Source of the DNA: a virus
Lineage: Duplodnaviria; Caudoviricetes
DNA: 52,566 nucleotides
Direction: 5' to 3' (one strand)
IMG/VR virus record: IMGVR_UViG_3300044627_003899
Coordinates: 1 to 52,566 of that record
Position numbers and translations under genes: made by a program. Every line of letters starts with the position of its first letter. The first letter of the stretch is position 1. Below the pieces are notes generated by a model that saw only the letters and a program-made list of their open reading frames with translations, made no database searches and was not told where the DNA came from. Shown here in pieces: positions 1 to 10,315 of this stretch.

Positions 1-1302
1 TCCTTTAAGGATAACATTGATATCTTTGATTATCTTAGGTCTTTGGCGATCAGAAAGACCAACAAATCCACCGCAGTTTCTGCGGCGAAAGAGATTAAAA
101 AATACTCTATTCGCCGCACAATCCACAGGTCAGCCTTGGATGTTGCGGACAAGATGAAGAAGATCGCTCCTGACTCTTCTTATCAAAAGATTATTGAAGA
201 AGCTGATGGAGCTTTTAATAAAATAATTAATATTTACGAAAACAATGAAGAAAAACCTGTCAACATCTTTGAGGAGATGGAGAATGTCATTGAGGAGCGC
301 GGAAACAATCCAATCACTGAGTTTGGATTCATGGGTCCGTTTGCAACCGTCAATAAGGTCTATGGCTCTCTATTACGACCAGGCAATATTACCGTTATTG
401 TCGCTAGGTCTGGCGTAGGCAAAACATTGCTTGCCCTAAACTACACTACAAAAGTCTCGGCTCAATACGATGTTCCTGTCTTGCATTTCGACAATGGCGA
501 AATGAGCAAGGAGGAGGTTATTATGCGTCAATGCGCCGCCCTTAGTCATGTTCCAATGCACTTGCTTGAAACTGGACTTTGGCGCAAGGCTGGAGAAGAT
601 GTAGTTGAGAAGGTCCGCTCGACTTGGAATAAGATCAAGAATCTTAAGTTCTATTATTATAACGTCGGTGGGATGACCACCGATCAAATGATCAATAATC
701 TTAAGCGTTTTTATTATTCAAAGATTGGTCGAGGCAACCCCTTGATCTTTAGTTTTGATTATATCAAACCCTCCGCAGATGCGGAAGGCGGAAAGCCAGA
801 ATGGCAAGTCATTGGCGATATGCTTAATAGGTTTAAAAAAACCCTTCAGCGTGATATCACTCAAGATCAAAAGCCAATGATCACAATGTTCACCTCTATT
901 CAGTCCAATAGAAGCGGCATCACTACAAACCGAAATTCTGACGCGATCAATGACGATGAGGGCATCGTCTCAATGTCAGATAGAATTACGCATTATTGCT
1001 CGCATATGGCTATTCTACGGCCCAAGACTGCGGACGAGAGACAAGAAGAGGGAGCTATGTTTGGTTCTCACAAGCTAATCTTCGTCAAGAACCGCTTCCT
1101 TGGATCAGATGTGGCGGGGGCTGTCGAACTTGTCAGAATGCAAGACGGAACCTTGAAGAAGAACTTCATTAATCTTCAATTTGAGAATTTCGACATTAAG
1201 GAGCGAGGCGACCTAAGAGATATCGTAAATCAAGCGGATACTGGAGGAACAACACTGGAGCGTGCAAATGAGCAGGATGATGTCCCAGACTTCAACAATT
1301 GA
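1..1302 (+). CDS. dnaB: Replicative DnaB-like (SF4) helicase, N-terminus truncated by window edge
   Basis: Walker A ARSGVGKT, HFDNGEM, FDYIK (Walker B), SIQSNR, IFVKNRF motifs; frame is open from base 1. Confidence 0.9.
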   Translation, partial: SFKDNIDIFDYLRSLAIRKTNKSTAVSAAKEIKKYSIRRTIHRSALDVADKMKKIAPDSSYQKIIEEADGAFNKIINIYENNEEKPVNIFEEMENVIEERGNNPITEFGFMGPFATVNKVYGSLLRPGNITVIVARSGVGKTLLALNYTTKVSAQYDVPVLHFDNGEMSKEEVIMRQCAALSHVPMHLLETGLWRKAGEDVVEKVRSTWNKIKNLKFYYYNVGGMTTDQMINNLKRFYYSKIGRGNPLIFSFDYIKPSADAEGGKPEWQVIGDMLNRFKKTLQRDITQDQKPMITMFTSIQSNRSGITTNRNSDAINDDEGIVSMSDRITHYCSHMAILRPKTADERQEEGAMFGSHKLIFVKNRFLGSDVAGAVELVRMQDGTLKKNFINLQFENFDIKERGDLRDIVNQADTGGTTLERANEQDDVPDFNN

Positions 1303-2359
1303 TCCAACTGTCCTTAAATCTTCTCTTGAATCGTTGGGATATCAATTGAAAGATTATGGCAGTTATTGGAGAACTAGAGCCATTTATCGCGGTGGAGATA
1401 ATTCCACAGCTTTAAAGATCTATAAAAATAGCGGAGTATGGACAGACTTTGCCGAGACAAGCTCAAAAAGCTATCCGTTTCAAAGGCTCGTCGAATTGAC
1501 TTTGGATACCAAAGATTCACATATTGTAAATAAATATGTAAAATTTGATCCACAGAATATTATTCATGTCGAGATAAAGGAAAAGATCGAAATGGAAAAG
1601 ATATACCCAGAAGACATATTGAATAATCTTTTGCCTGAGCTTTCCTTTTATCAGAAAAAGCACATCAGCGACGATACTTTAAATTTTTATAAGTGCGGGT
1701 ATGCAACCTCTGGACAGCTTTTCCGCCGTATAGTTTTCCCTATCTACAATCAGTTTGGACAGATCCACGGCTTTTCTGGAAGAGCAGTATTCTGGGATAA
1801 GAGTTCAGAGTATCCTAAATGGAAGCATATCGGTAAACGTGCTGATTGGGTCTACCCTCTCTACATCAAGAGAAACGGGCGTGAAGAGATCAGAGAAGGC
1901 ATCGAAAAAGAAAAGAGCGTTATTATTGTAGAAAGCGTTGGTGACAGTATGGCCCTTTTTGAAAGAGGTTTTAAAAACACAATTGTTACCTTTGGTCTTG
2001 GAATCTCATCCAAAATTTGCTCTGCTCTAGTTGCTCTTGATCCAGACAAAATCATTATTGCGTCAAATAATGACTATGAAGGCGACATTAATCACGGGCT
2101 AGTTTCTGCTTGCAAAAGCTATCTTCAGCTATGCTCGATCTTTGATCCAGTTAAACTTGAGATTAGACTCCCTATTAAAAATGATTTTTTTGACATGCAT
2201 GTTTGCGAGTCAGAAGGCGAAGCTGGTCTTTTCTCACAGTGGGTTGACAAACGTGTGAATGCCAAACTACAGTCGGAAAGCATTCATAAAATCGCAGTAG
2301 AGAATAAATTTTCAGAAAACCTTATTAAAAAAGCCGAGTATATTTTAAATGAAATTTGA
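1277..2359 (+). CDS. DnaG-type DNA primase (TOPRIM); start approximate
   Basis: RIVFPIYN..GFSGR, KWKH, IIVES.GD, NNDYEGD; overlaps helicase end. Confidence 0.85.
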   Translation: MMSQTSTIDPTVLKSSLESLGYQLKDYGSYWRTRAIYRGGDNSTALKIYKNSGVWTDFAETSSKSYPFQRLVELTLDTKDSHIVNKYVKFDPQNIIHVEIKEKIEMEKIYPEDILNNLLPELSFYQKKHISDDTLNFYKCGYATSGQLFRRIVFPIYNQFGQIHGFSGRAVFWDKSSEYPKWKHIGKRADWVYPLYIKRNGREEIREGIEKEKSVIIVESVGDSMALFERGFKNTIVTFGLGISSKICSALVALDPDKIIIASNNDYEGDINHGLVSACKSYLQLCSIFDPVKLEIRLPIKNDFFDMHVCESEGEAGLFSQWVDKRVNAKLQSESIHKIAVENKFSENLIKKAEYILNEI

Positions 2360-2921
2360 CAAAGACTTATATCAAACCGTAGATGGATGGTGCAATTTTC
2401 AAAGCCTTTATGAGCGAGAAGTAGACGCTCATAACAATGCTAATTTTATAGAAATTGGATCTTGGAAAGGCCAAAGTGCTATTTTAATGGCATCGTTAAT
2501 AGCGAATAATGATAAAAATATCAAATTTTTTTGCGTTGATACATGGCAGGGCAGCGAGGAACATCAAAATGATTCTGATATATTAAATGACAGTCTTTTT
2601 AAAACTTTTCTAAAAAACATTGAACCTGTAAAAGATTATATTACTCCTATAAGAAAAACTTCAGTTGATGCTGCGAGCGGATTCCCTAATGAATTTTTTG
2701 ATTTTATTTTTATTGATGCAGCCCATGATTATGAAAATGTAAAAAATGATATTAACGCTTGGTATCCAAAATTGAAAAAGGGAGGAACTTTTGCTGGACA
2801 TGACTTTCACCCAACTTGGTCAGGCGTAATTCAAGCTGTATCAGAATGGAGCAATCAAAATAAAAAATATATATCTGTTGAAGGAACTTCGTGGGTTCAT
2901 TTTAAAAACTCTTCTAGTTGA
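2349..2921 (+). CDS. Class I SAM-dependent methyltransferase (Methyltransf_24-like)
   Basis: FIEIGSWKGQS, CVDTW, FDFIFIDAAHDYE, LKKGG..AGHDF. Confidence 0.85.
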   Translation: MKFDKDLYQTVDGWCNFQSLYEREVDAHNNANFIEIGSWKGQSAILMASLIANNDKNIKFFCVDTWQGSEEHQNDSDILNDSLFKTFLKNIEPVKDYITPIRKTSVDAASGFPNEFFDFIFIDAAHDYENVKNDINAWYPKLKKGGTFAGHDFHPTWSGVIQAVSEWSNQNKKYISVEGTSWVHFKNSSS

Positions 2922-3952
2922 AAATAGAAAATAAACATACCGCTCTTTCTGCGAGTAGGATAAAGACCCTAGAGAAATGTAGTTGGTCTTATTGGTGCAG
3001 CTATGTCTTAAAGCTTCCAGAGAAAAGTAATGATGGGGCCAACAGAGGGAACGTTGTCCACTTTACTTTGGATGTTCTAGCAAAAGCTAAAAGAAAGCAT
3101 TATGTTAAAACCATTTTAAAAGAAAAAGATGTATTTGTTATTCCTTCGGTTCGCAGGTTGATGCTTCGACACGCCAGAGATCATCGCGTATCAGATCCTG
3201 ATAATATTGAGATGATCAAGCAGATGACTCTAACTGCATTAGAGTATGATTTCTGGGGCGACTCTAAACTGAAGCCTATTAAAGATATTGGAGAAAGAGA
3301 TTTCGATATCACTGTAAACAAGGGCAAAAAGAAGTATAGGATCAAAGGATTTATCGATAGGCAGTTTATCTACGAAGACTTTACTTCTGTTGTTCGTGAT
3401 TATAAAACGAGCAAGGCGGTATTTGCGGGCAAGGACGCAGAGGATAACTTGCAGCATCTAATGTATACCCTTGCTACAAAAAAACTCGATCCAGAGCACA
3501 ACGTGTCGATGGAATTCTTGTTTTTAAAGTTTTCTCTTAAGGACAAAGGCAAGGGAAGTGGTCTTTTAAGAATGGACCCATTGTCCAAAAAAGATCTTAC
3601 CGATTTTGAGAACCATCTTACAGAAGTGCAAAAGGTGGTTGATAACTTTAGCGAGGCAGATGCTTATTCAAATTTTGCTGCGGATAAGCCTATGCCCTCA
3701 GATGGTTCCTTTACCGGAAAGCTTTCATGCGGCTTTGCGAAATACAAGGGCCAGCTAAAAAAAGATGGCAACCCAATGTGGCATTGTCCCTTTAAATTTG
3801 GTTTTAATTACTACGCTCTTAGAGACAAGGATAATAAGATTATCAAAACGTTTCTTGAAGACGATAAAGATGAAGCCTTTAAGTTAGCAAAGGTTGAGCA
3901 AAAAGTTACCAAAGAAACGTATCTTGGGTGTCCAAAGCACTTGACATCCTAG
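2918..3952 (+). CDS. PD-(D/E)XK exonuclease, RecB/AddB/Cas4-like
   Basis: LSASRI..C, G..VH, GFIDR, DYKTSK, Q..MY; N-terminal plus C-terminal cysteines. Confidence 0.8.
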   Translation: MKIENKHTALSASRIKTLEKCSWSYWCSYVLKLPEKSNDGANRGNVVHFTLDVLAKAKRKHYVKTILKEKDVFVIPSVRRLMLRHARDHRVSDPDNIEMIKQMTLTALEYDFWGDSKLKPIKDIGERDFDITVNKGKKKYRIKGFIDRQFIYEDFTSVVRDYKTSKAVFAGKDAEDNLQHLMYTLATKKLDPEHNVSMEFLFLKFSLKDKGKGSGLLRMDPLSKKDLTDFENHLTEVQKVVDNFSEADAYSNFAADKPMPSDGSFTGKLSCGFAKYKGQLKKDGNPMWHCPFKFGFNYYALRDKDNKIIKTFLEDDKDEAFKLAKVEQKVTKETYLGCPKHLTS

Positions 3953-3968
3953 CCATCCTTGGTAGGAT
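3941..3968 (+). promoter_or_regulatory. sigma70-type promoter, leaderless geometry
   Basis: TTGACA-N16-(TGn)TAGGAT, then 6 nt, then ATG 3975. Confidence 0.6.
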
Positions 3969-3974
3969 AGTGGT

Positions 3975-4709
3975 ATGATTCCACTATTCAAGTCCCACTT
4001 TTCTATCGGGAAAAGCATCTTGACTCTGGCAGAGCCAGAAAAGCAAAAGAAAGATGGGCCAGACAGTATCCTCTCTTTAGCCTTGGATAACGGGCTAAAG
4101 GAAATTTATCTTGTAGAGGACTCTCTTACAGGATTTTTGACCGCATTTAAGATTTGCCAAAAGTACGATCTGTCACTAAGGTTTGGGCTTAGAATCAGTA
4201 TCTGCAATGATTACCAGTCGATTGAATCTTCAAAAAGTAAGCTAGTCCTATTTGCTTTGAACGATCAAGGCTTCAAGGATATCAATAAAATCTATACTTT
4301 TGCTCATACAAAAAATGATGGCTTGATCTCTAATGACGATCTAGCATCCAGATTAAATCCAAACATCTTCGTTTGCGTGCCATTTTACGATTCTTATGTT
4401 TGGAATAATTATCATTATTTTAATAATTGCACTCCATTTTTTCTGGATAACGTCGATCACGCTTACTTGACAGAAAATAATAAGCTTCCTTTTGACCAGA
4501 TTATTTCGAAGATAATCGAATCAAAGGGAAAAGAAATCATGCCTGTCAAGTCAATCTATTATAAAAATAGAGAAGATTACGAGGCGTGGATTACTTATAA
4601 GATAGCTTGCAGTGGAACAATGGGAAGAAGCCGCACTTTATCGGCGCCAGATCTAAGTGACTGTGGTAGTAAAGAATTCTGTTTTCAATCTTGGAAGGAG
4701 GCTTCATGA
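3975..4709 (+). CDS. Stand-alone PHP domain of DNA polymerase III alpha (metal ligands degenerate)
   Basis: PLFKSHFSIGKSIL, YLVED, FGLRI, LVLFALNDQGFKDI, IYYKNRED match the DnaE N-terminal PHP pattern. Confidence 0.8.
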   Translation: MIPLFKSHFSIGKSILTLAEPEKQKKDGPDSILSLALDNGLKEIYLVEDSLTGFLTAFKICQKYDLSLRFGLRISICNDYQSIESSKSKLVLFALNDQGFKDINKIYTFAHTKNDGLISNDDLASRLNPNIFVCVPFYDSYVWNNYHYFNNCTPFFLDNVDHAYLTENNKLPFDQIISKIIESKGKEIMPVKSIYYKNREDYEAWITYKIACSGTMGRSRTLSAPDLSDCGSKEFCFQSWKEAS

Positions 4710-5332
4710 ATAGTCTTTTAAGGCAAAATCTAAATCAGAAGTTCGTCGTTTTTGACACAGAGACAGAAGGACTGTCTTTGACAGACTCTCGTCCTTGGCA
4801 ACTTTCTTGGATCGTCTGCAAAGGCGAAGAGATTCTAGAGCAGCACGATGAATTCGTTCTATATCCAGACTTGAACGTTTCTGCGGATGCAGCCAGAATC
4901 ACTGGTTTTAATTACGACACTTACCGCAGTAAGGCAAAGCCTCCTATCGAAGTCTGGAAAATGTTTGCTAATTATCTGTACAATGAAAACTACATTCTCG
5001 TTGGACAGAACATTTTGAATTACGATATTTATGTTTTGAATACCATGATGAGAACAATTGGCATCCAGAACAACTGGAGCTTTTTGCCGAGAATGATTGA
5101 CACTAGGGCGCTTGCCACCGCAATGTTCAAGGATATCAAGTTATCTGGAGATAGGCTTTCTTGGCAAATGAAGCTAATGCATTTTAGAGAAAAAGGTCTA
5201 AAGACCAATCAAGCTTTTCTTCTAAAGCATTTTAGTATTGATCACGATCCATCGAAACTGCACAATGCGTTATACGACATCACGATGAATTATAAGATTT
5301 TCCGCAAACTTATCATGGGGGTAGAGCTATGA
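4706..5332 (+). CDS. DEDDh 3'-5' proofreading exonuclease (DnaQ/epsilon-like)
   Basis: FDTETEG, GQNILNYD, IDT, HNALYD; ATG 4706 preceded by AAGGAGG and overlapping the PHP stop (ATGA). Confidence 0.85.
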   Translation: MNSLLRQNLNQKFVVFDTETEGLSLTDSRPWQLSWIVCKGEEILEQHDEFVLYPDLNVSADAARITGFNYDTYRSKAKPPIEVWKMFANYLYNENYILVGQNILNYDIYVLNTMMRTIGIQNNWSFLPRMIDTRALATAMFKDIKLSGDRLSWQMKLMHFREKGLKTNQAFLLKHFSIDHDPSKLHNALYDITMNYKIFRKLIMGVEL

Positions 5333-7896
5333 AAACATTCCAAACTTCGTTCGAAAAATATAAGAATCCTATACCTCCCGGTGTTCGTTTGCCAGAAATT
5401 AAGATCGAGCAGAGATATTATGCATCTCTCGGTATTGATCCAACCGTTTCAAATTTCGAGTTTCTACGTCAGCTTTGTCTAAGAGCTGTCAAAACAAAAG
5501 GTATAGATAAACTACAAAATAAAAAAGATTATTATGAAAGAGCTAAATATGAACTGGCAATCTTTGAAGAGCTTGGTTTCGTCGATTATGTTCTGCTTAA
5601 TTGGGACATTCTTAATTATGCTCATGAGCACGATATTCCTACTGGTTACGGTCGTGGGTCTGCGGCTGGCTCTTTGGTTCTTTTTCTGATTGGCGTCACT
5701 AATGTAGATCCAATCAAGAACGGACTATTCTTTGAACGGTTCGTGTCGAAAAGCCGCGCCAAGAAGATCATCGTTGATGGCATTACCTATCTTGATGGCT
5801 CTCTTATGCCTGATGTTGATAACGATATCGAATTCTCTAAGAGAGCAGAGGTAATCAACTACATCAAAGAAAAGTATAGCGGTAAGACCTGTAAGATTCT
5901 TACCATGAACACTTTAACTGGTAAACTCTGCATTAAAGAATGCGGCAAGATCGTTGCTGAAATGTCAGAGGACGAGGTAAATGCTGTAAGCGATGTGATT
6001 CCAAAGCAGTTTGGAAAGGTATTTGCATTAAAGGACGCCTACGATGAGAGCGAGCAGTTCAAAGCTTTCTGCGATAAGAATCCTAAAGTCTTTAAAATTG
6101 CAAAAAAAATCGAGGCTCTGAATAAGAATACCGGCGTTCACCCGTCTGGCATATCGATCTCTTATTACGATAATGAAGATATTATGCCACTCCAAAAGAC
6201 TGGAGATGGCGAAATCGTGTCTGCCTACGACATGAATAACGTTTCAGAAATTACAGTTAAGTTTGATATCCTTGGCCTCAGAACTCTTACTGTAGTTTAT
6301 GATACTTGCCAGCGCCTTGGTCTCGACTTCAAGAATCTTGATTTTGATAACTCATCAACTTATAAATTCTTGCAGGACTTGTCGAATCCAAAAGGACTCT
6401 TCCAAATTGAAGCAAACACAAACTTTCATGTTTGCAAAAAGGTAAAGCCGCGAAACATGCTTGAGCTTGCTTGTGTACTTTCTCTGGCAAGACCCGGAGC
6501 ATTAGACTTCTTGGAGCAGTACGCGACATACGTTAGGACTGGAGAATTCCAATCAGTTCACCCTTTCTTTGACGACATTCTCAGCATAACTGGAGGTATT
6601 CCAATCTTCCAAGAGCAGTTAATGAAGATGATCGTTAAGGTTGGATTCACTCTTGATGAAGCAGAAACGGTTCGTCGTATTGTAGGAAAAAAGAAGGTTA
6701 GCGAAATGCCTGCTTGGCAGCAGAAGATCAGAGAAAAGATTGCAGCTAATAATCTTGATCCTGCGATTGCTGATGTTCTTTGGAAGGTTGCCGAAGATAG
6801 CGCGAATTATTCATTCAATGCGTCTCACGCTTTTAGCTATGCAACCCTTAGTGCGCTGACGACTTATCTTAAGTTCAATCATCCAAAAGAGTTCTTCCTC
6901 GCTTTGCTTAGGTCATCTAGGCATGAGCCAAATCCACACGAAGAGATTGAGTCGATCTCGCAAGAACTCAGCTTCTTCGATATCCGTCTTTTGCCCCCAG
7001 ATCTCTCTAAGTCAAAGGCGGATTTTGAAATTCAAGGTAATGATATTCGCTTTGGATTAAATGCTATCAAGGGCGTTTCAGACAAAGTGCTTTCTCATTT
7101 GCTTGAGTTTAGAGATATTGAGTTCTCAAATAAAATCGACTGCTTCGATGCCGCCAAAGAAGCTGGCGTAAATATCGGCGTCGTCTCATCCTTGATTCAA
7201 GCTGGAACTCTTTCGAGCTTTGGCGATAAGAGATGCAGGCTTGTGCTTGAGGCTCAGACCTACAATATTCTTACTGATAGAGAAAAAAGAAACGTCAAAC
7301 TTTTGGCCCCAAAGCATAATTTTGACGTACTAAATACTATCGCTGAAACAGTTAAAAACAAAACCGTTGGGGACGATGGTAAGATTTTTATGAAAGACTC
7401 CAGATACGAGACTTTCAAAAACAAATATCAGGCGTACAAGAAGATCTATGATATGAATAAAAAATACGAGAAGTTTGCCAACTGGTTTTTTGAGCGACAG
7501 CTTCTTGGATATAGCTATACACACAAGCTTAAAGAAGTATTTTCTGAAGATGATTCTGATCGCCTGTCTACAACATACGAAGCTTCTCAAGTAGAAGTGC
7601 GCCAAAACGTCAAAATGGTAGGGGTGGTCAAAGAAGCGCGTAAGAAAGTTAGCAGAGCCGGTCGCCCTTATTTATTCGTAAAAATCTCTGACGAATATGG
7701 AGAAATGGTTTGCAGGCTCACAGATGGCGGAAGAGATGACAAGTTCACAATGTATTATGAAGGCGGCGGCAAAACCCCAAAGGAAGATGACATTGTTGTC
7801 ATTTATGGTTCTAAGGCCGAGGATTCTATTTTCCTAAATGGCTTGACAGTCTTGACCGAAAAGATTTATACAAAGATGTCACAAGTAGAATCTTAA
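5329..7896 (+). CDS. dnaE: DNA polymerase III alpha catalytic core lacking PHP domain
   Basis: GRGSAAGSLV, FERF, PDVDND, HPSG, KFDILGL, FQEQLM, YSFNASHA, IRFGLNAIKGV, C-terminal OB fold. Confidence 0.93.
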   Translation: MKTFQTSFEKYKNPIPPGVRLPEIKIEQRYYASLGIDPTVSNFEFLRQLCLRAVKTKGIDKLQNKKDYYERAKYELAIFEELGFVDYVLLNWDILNYAHEHDIPTGYGRGSAAGSLVLFLIGVTNVDPIKNGLFFERFVSKSRAKKIIVDGITYLDGSLMPDVDNDIEFSKRAEVINYIKEKYSGKTCKILTMNTLTGKLCIKECGKIVAEMSEDEVNAVSDVIPKQFGKVFALKDAYDESEQFKAFCDKNPKVFKIAKKIEALNKNTGVHPSGISISYYDNEDIMPLQKTGDGEIVSAYDMNNVSEITVKFDILGLRTLTVVYDTCQRLGLDFKNLDFDNSSTYKFLQDLSNPKGLFQIEANTNFHVCKKVKPRNMLELACVLSLARPGALDFLEQYATYVRTGEFQSVHPFFDDILSITGGIPIFQEQLMKMIVKVGFTLDEAETVRRIVGKKKVSEMPAWQQKIREKIAANNLDPAIADVLWKVAEDSANYSFNASHAFSYATLSALTTYLKFNHPKEFFLALLRSSRHEPNPHEEIESISQELSFFDIRLLPPDLSKSKADFEIQGNDIRFGLNAIKGVSDKVLSHLLEFRDIEFSNKIDCFDAAKEAGVNIGVVSSLIQAGTLSSFGDKRCRLVLEAQTYNILTDREKRNVKLLAPKHNFDVLNTIAETVKNKTVGDDGKIFMKDSRYETFKNKYQAYKKIYDMNKKYEKFANWFFERQLLGYSYTHKLKEVFSEDDSDRLSTTYEASQVEVRQNVKMVGVVKEARKKVSRAGRPYLFVKISDEYGEMVCRLTDGGRDDKFTMYYEGGGKTPKEDDIVVIYGSKAEDSIFLNGLTVLTEKIYTKMSQVES

Positions 7897-7902
7897 GTGT
7901 AA
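7897..7902 (+). promoter_or_regulatory. GTGTAA motif (putative phage-specific promoter element)
   Basis: AAGTGTAAAATG directly before the clpC-like gene; same hexamer upstream of six other genes. Confidence 0.35.
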
Positions 7903-7903
7903 A

Positions 7904-10315
7904 ATGAATAAAGTGCAAGAGATTAACTTTACTCCTAGAGTTAAGAGAGCATTGGATGTAGCCAAGCAGAGATGCTTGGAAAACAACTGGCATGAAATTA
8001 CTGATGAATTTTTATTGCATGCCGTTCTCTTTTCGGAGTCGATGATAGTAAACCTTGCCTTTCAAAGCGTTAAGATAGAAATAAAAGACGTAGTTTTAGC
8101 CCTTTCTAAAACCTTACCTACTGGCAAAAAGAAAGTTAGCGAAAAGCAAGTGCAGTTTAGCGCCACTGCAAAAGCTATCGTTGACAACTCTTACAAGATT
8201 TCTCAAAGCTTTAAGCAAAATTATACTGGAGTTGAGCATTTATTTCTCTCAATTCTTAGACATTCCCAAGGCGTTGCTAAGTTTTTCAAAAAGCACGGCT
8301 TAGACATAGCCTACTTTGCCGATAAAGTAGAAAAAGAATGCAAGCATCTTTCTAATCCAGTAAAGAAGCCTATAGAATCTCAGTCTTCAAAGTCGCAAGA
8401 CGCCCTATCTGAGTTCTGTGAAGACTATAATGAAAAGGCTGCTGCTGGAGACTTTGAGCATATCTTCTTCAGAGAAAAAGAAGTAGAGCAGCTTTCTGAG
8501 ATCCTTTGCCGTAAACAAAAGAGAAATCCAATACTTATTGGGCATCCGGGCGTTGGTAAAAGTGCAGTTGTCGGCTTAATTGCTAAGAAAATTGTTTCTT
8601 GCCAATGCACAGAGTTCTTGCTTAACAAAAGGATCATAAGTATTAATCTTGGCAACCTCATCGCTGGAACAAAGCTTAGAGGCGAGTTTGAAGAGCGCTT
8701 GACAAAGGTAATGGAGCAAATAAAAAAGATTGGCAATGTCATTGTGTTTATTGATGAGGTTCACAACTTAATCGGCCTTGGAAATGACGCAGGGTCAATG
8801 GATGGCGCAAATATTCTAAAGTCCTATTTAACATGCGAGGACATGTCTTTTATTGGAGCTACCACAGAAAAAGAATACGAAAATTACTTTGCAAAAGACG
8901 CAGCGATGAATCGCCGCTTTGAGCCTGTATTCATCAAAGAGCCCAATAAGGAACAGACTCTTGATATTCTGAAAAGACTGAAGGAATTCTACGAGTCATT
9001 CCATATGATTAAGTACCCAGACAATGTTCTTGTGGACATTATTAATGTATGCGATAAGTATCTTACCAGCAAACACTTTCCAGACAAGGCTATTGATTTG
9101 ATGGATCAAGTTGGCGCTAAGGTCAAAATTAAAGCGTTTGCGCGCCCACAAGAGATCAAGAACATGGAGAAGCTGATTTTGGAGTTTGAGAAGATCGCGC
9201 CAGAGAACATAAAAGAAGAGCACCTCGACGATATTATTAACGACTATCAAAAGAAATATGATGCTTGGGCAGAAGTAATAAAGAATAAAAAAGAAAAGGC
9301 GAGAACCAAAGATGTTTACCAAGCACTATCCGATAAGATTGGCAAAGTCATTGATTCTGAATCAGAGAACTCTGGGATCAAAAATATATATGCGAATCTT
9401 AAAAAGCATGTCTTTGGTCAGGACGATGTAATTAAAAAGATCTCTGACTGCGTGCTGCGTAGCTCTTTCGGCTTGGCTAAGAACTCTCGTCCTCTTGGCA
9501 ACTTCATGTTTATTGGCCCAACGGGTTCTGGCAAAACCCACTTAGCTAAAACATTAGCTAAAGAAGCTTTTGGAGATGAGTCGAACTTGTGCATCATTGA
9601 TATGTCCGAGTTTATGGAGAGTCATTCTGTATCTAAGCTCATTGGTGCTCCTCCGGGTTATGTCGGACACAGCAGTCCAAGCATGTTTTTCACCCAATTG
9701 CAGAAGCATCCATCAACAGTGTTTCTTTTCGACGAAGTAGAAAAGGCGCATCCAGATGTAGTAAATATTCTTCTCCAAATTATGGATCGCGGCGAGCTTA
9801 CTGATTCATTGGGCAATAAATTAAACTTTAAAAACTCTATTATTATTATGACTGGCAACGTAGGTTTCCAGATCAACGACAATAAGAAGATGGGTTTCGG
9901 AGCCGTTTCAAATCCAAAGCCCACTAAAGATACCATCATGGACAGCCTAAAGAGATTTTTTAGGCCAGAATTCCTTGCCAGATTGAATGAAATCGTTATC
10001 TTTCAAGAACTATCTGGAGAGAGCTTAGTCAAGGTAGTTCAAGCAGAATTAGATTCTATCAAAACATCCCTTGCAAGCAGCGGCACCACAATCTCCTTCT
10101 CTTCAGAAATTATTGATTACGTGATTGATAAGACAAAGGACTCCAACTCTGGAGCAAGAAAGATAGTATTCTTTATAGAGAATGAATTAAAAACTAAAAT
10201 AGTTGATGTTTTGTCTACTGGTAAGTATAATCAAATCAAAGTCTGCATTAAAGACGGAGAAATAGAAGTAGATGGAAAAGCAAAAAAACTTCTTGCAACA
10301 TACTGTAAGCAATAA
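7904..10315 (+). CDS. clpC: ClpC/ClpA-type AAA+ unfoldase
   Basis: Clp N-terminal repeats, GHPGVGKS, RGEFEERL, FIDEVH, PDKAIDL, GPTGSGKT, IGAPPGYVG, FDEVEKAH, MGF loop. Confidence 0.88.
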   Translation: MNKVQEINFTPRVKRALDVAKQRCLENNWHEITDEFLLHAVLFSESMIVNLAFQSVKIEIKDVVLALSKTLPTGKKKVSEKQVQFSATAKAIVDNSYKISQSFKQNYTGVEHLFLSILRHSQGVAKFFKKHGLDIAYFADKVEKECKHLSNPVKKPIESQSSKSQDALSEFCEDYNEKAAAGDFEHIFFREKEVEQLSEILCRKQKRNPILIGHPGVGKSAVVGLIAKKIVSCQCTEFLLNKRIISINLGNLIAGTKLRGEFEERLTKVMEQIKKIGNVIVFIDEVHNLIGLGNDAGSMDGANILKSYLTCEDMSFIGATTEKEYENYFAKDAAMNRRFEPVFIKEPNKEQTLDILKRLKEFYESFHMIKYPDNVLVDIINVCDKYLTSKHFPDKAIDLMDQVGAKVKIKAFARPQEIKNMEKLILEFEKIAPENIKEEHLDDIINDYQKKYDAWAEVIKNKKEKARTKDVYQALSDKIGKVIDSESENSGIKNIYANLKKHVFGQDDVIKKISDCVLRSSFGLAKNSRPLGNFMFIGPTGSGKTHLAKTLAKEAFGDESNLCIIDMSEFMESHSVSKLIGAPPGYVGHSSPSMFFTQLQKHPSTVFLFDEVEKAHPDVVNILLQIMDRGELTDSLGNKLNFKNSIIIMTGNVGFQINDNKKMGFGAVSNPKPTKDTIMDSLKRFFRPEFLARLNEIVIFQELSGESLVKVVQAELDSIKTSLASSGTTISFSSEIIDYVIDKTKDSNSGARKIVFFIENELKTKIVDVLSTGKYNQIKVCIKDGEIEVDGKAKKLLATYCKQ

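Noticed and set aside
2918-3952. CRISPR-Cas system from the Cas4-like nuclease
   Set aside because: No repeat-spacer array or other cas genes seen; replication context indicates a solo exonuclease
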